From Leucoraja erinacea (Eukaryota), in the NCBI RefSeq assembly GCF_028641065.1, contig NC_073416.1, positions 372,001 to 436,000 on the forward strand: a stretch of DNA of 64,000 nucleotides. Reading direction: 5' to 3'. The notes under the pieces are model-generated. The model did not search any database and was not told the origin of the DNA. It was given only the letters and a program-made list of their open reading frames with translations. Positions 63,731-64,000 of the stretch are shown in pieces. The position numbers and the translations under genes are program-made. Positions within the stretch are counted from its first letter, which is position 1. Each line of letters starts with the position of its first letter.

Positions 63731-64000
63731 GACCAACATGCCCCATCTACACTAGTCCCACCCCGACCAACATGCCCCGTCTACACTAGTCCCACCCCGA
63801 CCAACATGCCCCATCTACACTAGTCCCACCCTGACCAACATGCCCCATCTACACTAGTCCCACCCCGACCAACATGCCCCATCTACACTAGTCCCACCCC
63901 GACCAACATGCCCCATCTACACTAGTCCCACCCCGACCAACATGCCCCATCTACACTAGTCCCACCCCGACCAACATGCCCCGTCTACACTAGTCCCACC
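63731..64000. repeat. 34-bp minisatellite derived from a CR1 3' UTR (about 8 units, runs off the window)
   Basis: Unit gaccaacatgccccatctacactagtcccacccc. The same motif occurs as a single copy in CR1 tails at about 34690 and 61590. Confidence 0.92.

Overview
Vertebrate genomic DNA. The repeat families point to a cartilaginous fish, probably a skate or ray (inference). The + strand carries the 3' half of FMNL3 (formin-like 3; FH2 and DAD exons from 289 to 23722), with a GC-AG intron and two alternative C-terminal exons. Three internal FMNL3 exons are garbled, probably by assembly-consensus errors. The first coding exon of the tetraspanin CD63 is at 56153-56218. Between the two genes is a chain of spliceable, phase-compatible exons with stop codons (about 34.2-37.4 kb), possibly an unrecognised pseudogene. 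The rest is mostly transposable elements: CR1 LINEs, V-SINE/HE1-like tRNA-derived SINEs, Rex1/Babar and RTE fragments, and Tc1/mariner-type MITEs. There are also Penelope-like elements (GIY-YIG remnants) and many short palindromic Penelope-derived insertions. These carry minimal hammerhead-ribozyme-like cores, 9-15 bp target-site duplications and expanding 34-bp hairpin arrays, and are the most system-like signal in the window. One assembly gap (264 N) and several base-level chimeric stretches limit interpretation. No CRISPR, rRNA or bona fide tRNA genes were seen.
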